The notes beneath the pieces are model-generated. The model searched no databases. It was given only the letters and a program-made list of their open reading frames with translations, and had not been told where the DNA came from. The translations under genes and the position numbers were made by a program. 64,000 nucleotides of DNA from Octopus sinensis (Eukaryota), in assembly GCF_006345805.1 (NCBI RefSeq), contig NC_043007.1:39184001-39248000 (forward strand), written 5' to 3'. Of this stretch, positions 13,381 to 24,534 are shown in pieces. Position 1 is the stretch's first letter, and each line of letters opens with the position of its first letter.

Positions 13381-14175
13381 GTGATACTTTGAAGAAATTT
13401 GATGTTCTTTCAAGTTTGGTACTTAAGTTGTGAATTGCAGTTTGATGAGAGTAATTACAAATAAATGGGATAGGGATACAGTAGAAAATATGAAGCTATG
13501 GCTTACGAAGATACAGCTTATTTATATTTTTAACAATATTATCTAGTGTATTTATGTATAATCTAAGGTAGATATGTTGGTGTAAATTGCAAGGGTTGTA
13601 TGTGTCATATTGTTTATTTGTTTGATGTTTCAAAGACTCTGTTCACAATGTTACGACACTAATTTGATGCAATATGATTATTGGTAACGGTTCTCATTCT
13701 GTTAATCCATTTCTTTTATGCTCTGTTGGTTGCTGACATTCTGCAAGGACAATGGAGCACAACATTTTAATCTGAGACAGTGTTGCCACACACACACACA
13801 CACAGATTTCCTTGATTGCATCAAGAGAAGGGCAACTCAACTAACTAAATCCCTAACAGACAATTCAACTGCCCCTTGCCCACAGGTATGCTGCTTCCTG
13901 TCACCCTCTTTTCCATCGTTACTCTAATGGTCTCTGCTTTTTGGAGCTAGGTTGGTTGATAATACGACCACCCAGGTACCCTCAAATCATTTATCTCTAA
14001 ATCACTTGTTGCATGCGATCCAGCCAACCCTGCACTAGCTGCTCTTCTCAATCTCTTCTCTTCAGAACACAGGCCCTTAGGAATCTCTTCCCTGCAGTAG
14101 TTTAAACAGAACATGAATGGCATCAATTTCAATGTTGTTTAAAGCTCTATACGGCTCTCCCTCTGTATATATATA

Positions 14176-14385
14176 CAGTAATCCCGCGCCATATCGCAGT
14201 TTATTACTTAAGCTTACGTTGATTCTTCCGTGGTGTTGTTTTGCATTTATAATAAAATAAATATATACGAATTATAAAAATAATAAAATAAAATATACAG
14301 TACAGTACTGTTTCTACTTCATGGATTTTCACCTATTGCAGGGTTTTTTTGGAACATAATACCCACAATAGTCGAGGGTTTACTC
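14176..14385. mobile_element. pogo/Tigger-type MITE
   Basis: TA|CAGTAATCCCGCG ... CGAGGGTTTACTC|TA. Confidence 0.7.
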
Positions 14386-14395
14386 TATATATATA

Positions 14396-15172
14396 TGAGG
14401 GAGTACCCAACAGAAACAGGAATTCTGCAATATAATATTATTAACTTAGTTTTGCATGTTTAGACTTATCACCTTCAAAGTATTCTCCCTTTGAAGCAAT
14501 GCATCGGTCCAGATGTATTTTCCACTATTTGAAGCAGTGCTGGAAATCTTGCAAAGTGATGCCTTTTAACGCTTCTGTTGTATTTTTCTTCATCTCTTCC
14601 ACATCTGTAAATTCCATAGCACCAGCTTTCATCACCCGTGATAACCTTCGAAAAAAGGTCCAGATCAAATTCCAACTGCTCCTCCAGTTCACAACACACA
14701 TACAGCCATGACTGTTTTTGATCTTCCATGAGCAAGCAAGGCACAAATTTTGCTGCAACACTTTTCATTTGCGATTCCTCACTTAAAATTCATTAGCAGG
14801 AGCTCCAGGACACACCAGTCATGTAAACTAGTTCGTCAATTGTTTGGTGATGGTCCGCCAAAAAAACCACTCGTAAACTTGTGTTTTGCTCATGACAGTG
14901 ACCTTGTATTCAGCTGTCAATTTCCCCAGCAGAAAACAGAATTTCATGGAAGTACACTGTTCCTTCATTTCAGCCAATGCAAAAATTGACGAACAGGAGA
15001 GAAGCACTGCAAAACAAAGATGCACCACGTGGCAATATGACCCCACTGAACAATGCAGGTTGGCAGACTGAAGCCTGAGGGTCGCATCGAGTGGCTTTTA
15101 GTGACGGAAGCCTGAACTACAATGGGCTTGTCTTACAGAGAACATTTCCAGTTACTTTTGGGTACCCCACCA
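14396..15172 (-). mobile_element. Internally deleted mariner transposon
   Basis: ~24-bp TIRs with TA duplication; KFCFLLGK, AAKFVP, VITGDESWCY (first catalytic D) and C-terminal LDRCIASKGEYFEGD pieces. Confidence 0.85.
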
Positions 15173-15451
15173 TACATATATAAAATATCCAACCCATAGC
15201 ATGAGAAACAGTTATTAAATTTTACACACACACACACAATATATATGTATATATATATATATTATATGTATATAGGGCACAGAAAGAGAGTGGCATATTT
15301 TAGTGACATTTTTGTACTTGTGCATATATAAATGTTATCACATTTTTATCCCAACTCCTCAAATTGTTTATACCTGAGGCTGGTGGCTGTTTTGTCTTTC
15401 AACCATTTATCAAAAGTAAATGAATTAAAGTACTGACTGGTTCATCTACAT

Positions 15452-15590
15452 CAGGGGTCCCCAAACATTTTAGATCATCAACCCCTTCATGGAATCTTTG
15501 ACCCCCAGCCGTGTGCAAGAAAATATAAATAAATAATAATTAAGTAGATGTGCATTTATTGACCCCTTGAATAGTCCCATCGACCACCTG
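15452..15590. mobile_element. hAT MITE 1 of tandem pair
   Basis: CAGGGGTC...GACCACCTG ends; TSD atctacat/atctagat. Confidence 0.7.
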
Positions 15591-15598
15591 ATCTAGAT

Positions 15599-15834
15599 CA
15601 ATGGTTCTCAGCCGGGTCCATGTAAGATCTTGTTACTAACATTTATCTGCAATAAATTGGTTATACTTTTACAATACACAAAATATATAAACAATTTTGG
15701 TCATACAATTCTTAATAATATCTAATTATAAAAATATAATGACCTTTATAAACATCAAATGACTTGGAGGGTTCATCTGAGTAAAATGGGAATCAAAGAG
15801 ATTCATAGGTAAAAAAAATGGTTAAGAACCACTG
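15599..15834. mobile_element. hAT MITE 2 of tandem pair
   Basis: CAATGGTTCT...AGAACCACTG ends; TSD atctagat/atatagat. Confidence 0.8.
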
Positions 15835-17773
15835 ATATAGATGCTTATCTCTTTCTACCCTTTTCTTTTTCTTCATTCCATTTCTGGTTCCTAATTACTC
15901 AATGCAAAACCTTTTTTTTACATTATTCACATTTACATAATTCCTCATCTCTTAAATATAGAACTGCAAAGCCTTTTGTCTTCTAATCATTATAAAACCC
16001 TTTTGAAAATTTTTCATATTCCATATTTAACAAAATATAGTCAGTGCTGAATATTGTTTTATAACCCATATACCCTTTCAATTGTCTTTTACCATATTAA
16101 ACAAACATTAAATCATTGTATATTCCACCTGTATGTTACCTTTCCCTATTTCTTCCATCATCATCGTTGACATTTTTTTCTGTGACCTGAGTTAGTGGCT
16201 GTGTGGTAGGTAGCTTGCTTACCAACCAACCAACCACATGGTTCCGGGTTCATTCCCACTGCGTGGCACCTTGGGCAAGTGTCTTCTACTATAGCCTCGG
16301 GCCAACCAAAGCCTTGTGAGTGGATTTAGTAGACGGAAACTGAAAGAAGCCCGTCGTATATATGTATGTGTGTGTGTGTGTCTCCCCAATATCGTTTGAC
16401 CCGATGGTGGTGTGTTTATGTCCCTGTAACTTAGTGGTTCGGCAGAAGAGACCGATAGAATAAGTACTAGGCTTACAAAGAATAAGTCCTGGGGTTGATT
16501 TGCTCGACTAAAAGGTGGTGCTCCAGCATGGCCGCAGTCAAATGACTGAAGCAAATAAAAGAATGACTTTTCGTCCAATCTCACTTTGTCCACGTCTTTT
16601 GGTCTGATGATTTTTTTTTGTCCAATTTTAAATAAACTCTTTAGGAAACAAGGCGAACATCAAAATCAAATAATCATTGAGAATTTTATTGATAGAATTT
16701 GTTGTTGGACAAAAAAAAAATCATCGCAAAAAGACGTCGGACGAAAAGACACAGTACCATTTTTTCTGTTTTCCTTCTTCCTACATTTATTACTTTATTC
16801 TTTTTCCATCCCTTCTCCCTCCTACCTCTCAACCCACTTCTTCAAAATCTATCCTCACACTACTACATTTTTCTCCAGCCACCTTCATCGCTTCCTCACC
16901 CTGCTACTCCTACTACTTTATCTTCCATCTCCCCCTCTTAATTCAAATATCAATACTAAAACAGTAAAGGCTTGTGGTTTAGTGGTTAGGGTCATTGGCT
17001 CATGATTGTAAGGTCACGAGTTCAATTCCTGGTGGCACATTGTCCTTGAAGAAAAAACATATTTCACATTGCTCTGCTCTGCTCTACTCAGCTGGCAAAA
17101 ATGAATAATAATTCAAAGGGACAGCCTTGACACATTCTGTGTCACGCTGAACCTCCCTGAGAACTACGTTAAGGGTATGGGTGTCTGTGGCATGCTCAGC
17201 TACTTGCATGTTAAGTTCACAAGCAAGCTGTCCCACTGATCGGATCAACCTGGAACCCTCATAGTCATAATGGACAGAGTCAGTTACTAAACCATAATTA
17301 GTAACATAAGTTTAATTTTACTCAACAACCCAATTTGTATGGTCTCTGCAATCAGAACTCCTTCCACACTGTGCTTAACACACCTATCCATAAGAAGGGA
17401 CCATAGATATAAACAACACATTCAGCTGGAAATTTCATGATTTGCCAAGGCTGACAACCAGCGAACTTCAAAATTACTGTCACCACTATTCTTTGTGGAA
17501 GCAAAAACCATATTCAATCTGTCTGTCTCTCTTTGAATGGAACACTGCTTCAATTAGCATTTGCCAATATGTATATTTGGATCTAGAACTTTTCATCTAA
17601 AATACTTCGATCTAAAGAACTTTGGTCTCAAGTGACTTTTGTATAAATACACTATAGTCATTTTTGTCTAAATGCCCTTTAGTATAAAGACATTTTTGTC
17701 TAAATTCACTTTGGTCTAATAACTATTTTGTCTATAAAATCTCAAAAAAAGAAAAAAAAATGTAAAAGACCTA

Positions 17774-18008
17774 TTGGATTGGTGCATAATTATTGTGGCT
17801 TTTTTTAAACAAATTCTATTCAACAAAAACAATAACAAAAACATCTTTAAATGACGGTCTAACCAGCTGCCAAGCAAATGGGAAGTAATTGAAGTAGATG
17901 GTGAATATGTTCTGGAATAATCATTTAAAGATGTTTTTGTTACATGTTATTGTTTTTACTGAATAAAATTTGTTGAAAAAAAGCCGCAAGAATTATGCAC
18001 CAACCCAA
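17774..18008 (+). mobile_element. Mariner-derived MITE
   Basis: ~33-bp TIRs, TA duplication, residual QLPSKWEVIEVDGEY transposase C-terminus. Confidence 0.85.
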
Positions 18009-18299
18009 TAAATAACTATACTCTAATAATCCTTTTTGTTTTTTGAGGAAAATGTTTTTAGACCAAAGTGCTGTATCCCATATATTTATACATATAACAC
18101 ACATTTCAAGAGATATGTATGTATAAATGTGTGTGAATGTATGTGTGTATCACAGGCAAAATCAAAATCATCAATGTCCCCATGGCAACTCCATAGTAAA
18201 ATCCATGTCTGCACTCAAATTACATTCACACATCCATTGCAAATAGATGCAGCTTCTTTTAGCTCTAAAGTTGATGTTTCTTAGTTTTCTATCTATCTA

Positions 18300-18480
18300 T
18301 CCGGTCAGTCGAAGTCAACTCTCGGTTACTCGTTGGATCAGTGTCCTCCAGTCAGTTCTATCCTGGGCTGCTTCTTTCAGATTGGCTAAGACCATTCCAG
18401 TATCCCTCTTGATGGTGTCAAGCCAGCGGGTTCTTGGTCGGCCTCTTCCTCTCTTGCCACTGACCATGATGTCCTTCTTG
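18300..18480 (-). mobile_element. RTE-clade LINE 3' end
   Basis: Minus frame reads SGKRGRGRPRTRWLDTIKRDTG...EAAQDRTDWRTLI. Confidence 0.75.
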
Positions 18481-18554
18481 GTTTTACTTTTTTTAAATTC
18501 TCTCCTTCAAATGCTCACATGTCAAAATTGACAGGAGTGACCATCATATCTATT

Positions 18555-18736
18555 TATCTATATAGATAGATGTGTGTTTATATATATACATATACATACA
18601 TATATATATATATATATACATAGATGTGTGTTTATATATATACATATACATACATATATGTATATATATATAGATGTGTGTTTATATATATACATATAGA
18701 TGTGTGTTTATATATATACATATGTATATATATATT

Positions 18737-18782
<46 letters not shown>

Positions 18783-18870
18783 CAGTATATATGTATGCAC
18801 ATATATATATATGTTTATATATGTGTTTGTATATATATATATATATATACACATACATACACACACGCAC
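18555..18870. repeat. (TA)/(TG)n compound microsatellite
   Basis: Direct inspection. Confidence 0.97.
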
Positions 18871-19350
18871 TTGTACTTACGGTGGCATTCGCCTGGAGTG
18901 GGTTTGAACTGCCTCAAACCAACTACCCTGTGATGTGCAGGCTTTTAAACTCTGTGCAAAGGAATGTAAACAAAGTATCACAAGATATTTTCACCATTGT
19001 TCCATCAATTCTTCCCTCCATTACTTGTTCAAATATCAAAGTGTTGATGTTATTACAAATATGTCAGAATTTCTCAAAGGAAGCTATTTTCTTCTTGGTT
19101 AATTTTCGTCCTATTTGTACCAACAACTTAATCTAAAATATAGTTTGTGCAGACGTGACACCATTAACCAATATGGTAAAGTACAAGGCATCCGTTAATA
19201 TCTTTGTTTCAAATTTTTGTACAAGGTCAGAAATTCCAGGGAAAGGGGGAAGTCAATTACATCGATCCCAGTGCATGACTGGTACTTATCTTACTGAAAA
19301 TGAACCTCGGTGGGATCTAAAGTCAGAACATATAGAAGGATTAAATTTCA

Positions 19351-19593
19351 CTAAACATTTTGCCCAGCATGCTAACGATTCTGCAAGCTCGCTGCTTTAA
19401 TAAAACAGCACAGCACCCAAGACTTTTGAAAAACTTTTTCATGCTCAGAATTGTTGACACATGGAATAAACTAAACATTTTGCCCAGCATGCTAACGATT
19501 CTGCAAGCTCGCTGCTTTAATAAAACAGCACAGCACCCAAGACTTTTGAAAAACTTTTTCATGCTCAGAATTGTTGACACATGGAATAAACTA
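19351..19593. repeat. Perfect 120-bp tandem duplication
   Basis: 19351-19470 is identical to 19471-19590. Confidence 0.95.
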
Positions 19594-19650
19594 CCCGCAT
19601 CAATTGTTAGCTGTCAGGACACTGCATCTTTCAAAAATCCCATACTTTCC
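19420..19650 (+). mobile_element. CR1-like LINE 3' fragment, partly duplicated
   Basis: FFMLRIVDTWNKLPASIVSCQDTASFK. Confidence 0.65.
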
Positions 19651-19757
19651 AAAATTCATCAATGCCACTACGCACCCTTACAACTCTTTTACTGCTCACT
19701 TTCGTTCATTTTATTCCAAGTAATGAACATATAAGCCTTGTACATTATTTACATTTC

Positions 19758-20277
19758 TTTACATTCGATGGATATTTGTCCTTATCTTGTTTGTTAACAC
19801 AACGTTTTGGCTGATATACCCTCCAGCCTTCCTCAGTTGTCTTGGGGAAATTTCGAACCTGGGTTCTCATTCCTAAGGTATTTTTCGATGTTATTATTAT
19901 TATAGTTAGTGTTCAGGTCACTGCTTGGAATTGAACTCGGAATCTTGGGGTTAGTAGCCCATGCTCTTAATCACTACGCTATATACCCACGGGCATATGG
20001 CGTAGTGGTTAAGAGCGCGGGCTATTAACCCCAAGATTCTGAGTTCGATTCCAAGCAGTGAACTGAACACTAATAATAATAATATTAATAATAATAATAA
20101 TAATAACAAAACCATCGAAAAATATCTTAGGAATGTGAACCCAAGTTCGAAATTCCCCCAAGACACCCAAAGAAGGCTGGAGGGTATATCATCCGAAACG
20201 TTGTGTTAATAACAAACAAGATGAGGACAAATATCCATCGAATGTAAATAATTCCTCATCTCTTAAATATAGAACTG
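19758..20277. mobile_element. Head-to-head (palindromic) dimer of a tRNA-derived SINE whose 3' body carries a minimal PLE-type hammerhead
   Basis: ~230-250-bp inverted arms centred on 19989-90; A box 19998-20008 and B box 20043-52; HHR motifs at 20162-20207 (+) and 19796-19841 (-). Confidence 0.8.
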
Positions 20278-20747
20278 TATATAAGCGTTGCTTTCATACC
20301 TATCTTTATTTACTTGACATATATGGCTGATTTATATCCTTTCTTTTAACCTTTTCCGACGAGTTGTAGTGCACCTGAGACAATAAGTTATTTATTATCA
20401 GTAATGTCCAAGAGAAAACGACTCTTCGAGAAATTACCTCCCTTAGATACTATGACGCCCTTCACCAAATGATTAATTTTAGTAGCACAGAGTGGTGTGT
20501 GCAGAATGTGTGAACCGTACAGAACAACCAAAACACACGTCACGCTACTAAGTACTCGATTAAAAAAAAAAATGTTTTCAATTAATTCTTTTGTTAAGAG
20601 CTAGGTATTTCCTTAATATCTAAAACTTAAAATACTTGCTAGTTAACATTCCAAGCTGGTATGGGTCGGATGGTTTCATCAGGATCTGCTTAGCCTGAGG
20701 CCTGCTTTGGTCTTCAGTGTCTGCTTTGGCAAGGCTTCTACAGCTAG

Positions 20748-21108
20748 ATGGAGGCGCAATGGCCCAGTGGTTAGGGCAGCGGACTCGCGGTTTCGATTCC
20801 CAGACCGGGCGTTGTGAGTGTTTATTGAGCGAAAACACCTAAAGCTCCACGAGGCTCCAGCAGGGATGGTGGTGATCCCTGCTGTACTCTTTAACCACAA
20901 CTTTCTCTCACTCTTACTTCCTGTTGTACCTTATTTCAAAGGGCCGGCCTTGTCACACTCTGTGTCACGCTGAATATCCCCGAGAACTATGTTAAGGGTA
21001 CACGTGTCTGTGGAGTGCTCAGCCACTTACACGTTAATTTCACGAGCAGGCTGTTCCGTTGATCGGATCAACCGGAACCCTCGTCGTCGTAACCGACGGA
21101 GTGCTTCC
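20748..21108 (+). mobile_element. tRNA-derived SINE family D
   Basis: Head ggaggcgcaatggcccagtggttagggc...gtttcgattcc; related copies at 16965-17285, 37495-37812(-), 42257-43350(-), 60030-60330(-). Confidence 0.85.
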
Positions 21109-21859
21109 ACCACAGCTAGATGTCCTTCCTAATCCTAATCATTCTATAGAGGGTACTGGGTGCTTTCTTCACAGCAGTGTTGCTATTGAGGTCGCCAAGT
21201 AACTGGCAAGACAAGATGCTTTGACAGAATAGAGTATGTGTTTGCAGTACTGAGGGAGATGGCTTTGTGTCATAATTTGAGAGTCTAAAGTATAACAGAG
21301 TGACAAGTACAGGTAGGTGTCTTCCTGCACAAGCTGGAAAAGGAGAAACAATTATGGAGATAGGGAACCAGGACATACTTTCAACACACAAGATAGGGGA
21401 TAAAGAGAGAATAGAAACAGGAAATAAAGGTTGGCTGGGTGGGTAGCAGGTTCATGAGATGTGAAAGGAGACAGACATGAAGGTGGAAGTAAAGTAGTGG
21501 ATCAGGAGCAGGGATGGAGGCGTAGGCAATGATGAGTTTCAGTTTGGAGAAGTGTAAGGAAATAGGTATTTTTTTATGTCTATGTGTGTGTGTGTGTGTA
21601 TTATTTTTTTTTTATCTTCAGTTCTAATAAAACCAATTTGACATCAATCTGATGGGTTACTCTATACTTTTGCAGAGTACAAATTTATTGTTATACAAGA
21701 ATACTGTCGACAGCGACTTTGAAATTTCAGTCAGTCAAGCCATCGTCAGGCTGCGGTGCATTAGAGTTACTCTTGCCTGGCTTTATAAAGGTTTGATTAA
21801 CTTGAATGCACCACAGTCCAATGATATCTTAGTTGGCTGAAACTTCGAAGTCACTGTCA

Positions 21860-22160
21860 ACAACATACTTTCTTTTTGAATCTTACACCATAGAGAGTCA
21901 AGTCTGTTGGTTCGAGGAGCACAACTATTCAACTCCATTCCGGTACATGTCAGAAATCTATCAGGATGCAGTGTGGAATCATTCAAATTGCAGCTGGATA
22001 GATACTTAAGCACCATTAGAGATGAACCCCATCTCCCAGGATATACACAACGAGCACAAACTGACTCAAACTCGCTCCTACACATGTCAAAATTAAACAG
22101 AGAATACAACCTGGCAACCACACCAGACTCTGAGGGTGGAGTCTTCGACTTGGCCTGAGC
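21860..22160 (+). mobile_element. LINE (CR1/L2-like) RT C-terminal fragment
   Basis: ORF 21907..22158 GAQLFNSIPVHVRNLSGCSVESFKLQLDRYLSTIRDEP. Confidence 0.7.
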
Positions 22161-22946
22161 ATGGACTCGAACTCAAATGAAATGAAATAGCAAAATAAAG
22201 AAATAAGCTAGCAACGCATAAATAAATTCAGTTTGCTTCAGACCCTGAATGGAGGTGCATAGCAGAATATTGCAAGTTGCATATGCAGCTCATCATTCTC
22301 TAAAAGACAGAAACATGTTGGTCATTTTAACTAATTATGCTGTATAATTAAAAGAAATATTCATAGATATACCAGTCTCCGTATTCTTTGTAATCGTTTT
22401 GGACATATATATATATATATATTCAACTCTCCTCCCCCCTCACACCTACTTCTTCCCACCCACCTCTCCTCTCTTGCTCTGACTCCTACTTCTCTTCACT
22501 CCTACCCACCTACTCCTTCCTCTTCATTGTTACCCCTCCCTTGTAAGCCCACCCCACCTTCCCATCCCTCACATATATCCCAACTCTACCCCCATCCCCA
22601 GCCTAACCCACACCCTACCCTTGCTTTTCCCACTCTTGCCTTCCCCACCTCCCAACACCAAACCACACCACACACCACACCACACAACACAGCACATCAC
22701 ACCACCACGCACTGACCACTTCCCAACTCCACATTTTCACACCTACACATACACACATGTCAAGATCACCAGCCCTCTTCTACACGTACATACAAACTCT
22801 CTTATACATGCACGCGCACCTTCATTTTGGGATCACCACTACTTTATTTCCCCTTCTCCCTAGCTCTCCTGTGTGACCCTTCTGGACCTTTTGCAATATC
22901 ATAAACCCAGGAACTTTCAGCAACCCCTCGTATATATATATATATG

Positions 22947-23138
22947 CCATGATAGATCGCTAGCCACTACACATTCTTTATTTTCCCTCCTTGTTTCTTC
23001 CTGTGTTTCTTTCTGTGGAAGAGTGTAGGCTCAAAACGTTAAAGACGTCTTCACTTCCTGAGCATTATACTAATACATCTGTTTGTTGTCTATACCACCT
23101 GTCTTTGTCTTTTGTTTTTTAGTGAATTCTCCCTATAT
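22947..23138 (+). mobile_element. ~190-bp (TA)n-flanked repeat, probable solo PLE pseudo-LTR with a degenerate minimal hammerhead (23008-23045)
   Basis: TCTTT-CTGTGGA-A-GAGT(GTAG)GCTC-AAAACGTT-AAAGA: stems I and II pair, core has two lesions. Confidence 0.5.
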
Positions 23139-23853
23139 ATATTGGTATGTGTGTATGTATGCAGTCAAGGGGTTATTGTTGCAAACTCCACTTATAAAGA
23201 GTTAATAATTCTGTAACAAGCAATTCTTCTGATGTTCCAAAGTTTTTGCCAATCCAGCACCCTATCCATTTGTAAGATAGGCACAAAGCCAGAAATTTAG
23301 AGAAGAGGGACCCCAGGATTTGATAGGTATACTATTTTATCAGCCCACCCTGCTAATGAGTAAAAATCAAAATTGACCTTAATGAAATTTAGACTCAGAA
23401 TATAAAAATCCAGAACAAATGCTGGAATAGCCTTTTCCCCAATGTTCTGTGACTCCTGCCAATCCATTCATTGCCTTAATAATTCTTGCAAATTTTAATA
23501 CAAGGCCAGCAATTTGGAGAAGAGCGCTTTAATCTAAACTATTGATCCCAGTACATGACTGGTATCCTTATGAATCTGGAAAGGACGAAAGGCAAAGTTA
23601 ACACTGGTGAGATTTATCTTTTATTTGTTTCAGTCATTAGACTGTGGCCATGCTGGAGCACTACCTTAAAAACATTTTTTAGTCAAATGAATTAACAACC
23701 CTGGTACTTTTTTTTTTTTAAAGCCAGTCAGGTATTTATTTTTATCAGTCTCTTTTGGCAAACTGCTAAGTTATGGGAATGTCAATACACCAACACCAGC
23801 TGTCAAGCAGTGGTGGAGCACAAAAACAGACAAAAAGACTCCCACCATATATA

Positions 23854-24030
23854 TCTATTATATAAAATCCGTTCTGTCTGTGTGTGTGTCTTCTAGGATC
23901 TCGGGCATCCTCCATCTGATTGTGCTCAAATTTGATATGTAGATACCGATGGTATCAGGGCGTGTATAAGTCTTGAAAAAATTACAAAAATCGATTTCAG
24001 GTGAGAATGCGATCGATATTTGTGTGAATA
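23854..24030 (+). mobile_element. Helitron-like 5' end fragment
   Basis: A|TCTATTATATAAAATCCGTTCTGTCTG, the typical non-autonomous Helitron start; no 3' CTAG/hairpin recognised. Confidence 0.45.
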
Positions 24031-24534
24031 AAATCACTTTTCTTTAGAATAGAGAAAAAGTCTATCGTTATTTCTTCTTTTGCTAGTGTCTCAAATTTAG
24101 GTTAAATCAGTGTTTCTCAAAGGGGAGGCCTATGTTTTTTGGACAAGTTGTTTTGAAAAAATTTGATTTAAGTGTTTGACAACTCAGCACTGTCCATTGG
24201 ACGGGGGGGGGGGGGGAGGCGTTCTGCTCGTATATATATATATATATAAACACATACACACATACGAGGCTTTTTTCAGTTTCTGTCTGCCAAAAATTTT
24301 CTTACAAGGATTTGGTCGGGCCTGAAGCTATAGTAGAAGACACTTGTCCAAGGTGCTACACAGTGGGGCTGAACCCAGAACCATGTGATTGGGAAGCAAG
24401 CTTCTTACCATACAGTCACACCTCCACCTATATGAATGTAAACTATACAGCCTGGAAAGAAATAACACAGGTCATTTTTGCAACACTAACAACTCTACCA
24501 GTTCACCACCTTGAAAATAATAATAATAATAATA

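Noticed and set aside
19991-20062. Apparent tRNA genes here and at other SINE heads
   Set aside because: A and B boxes are present, but they continue into SINE bodies and lack a proper acceptor stem; these are tRNA-derived SINE heads.
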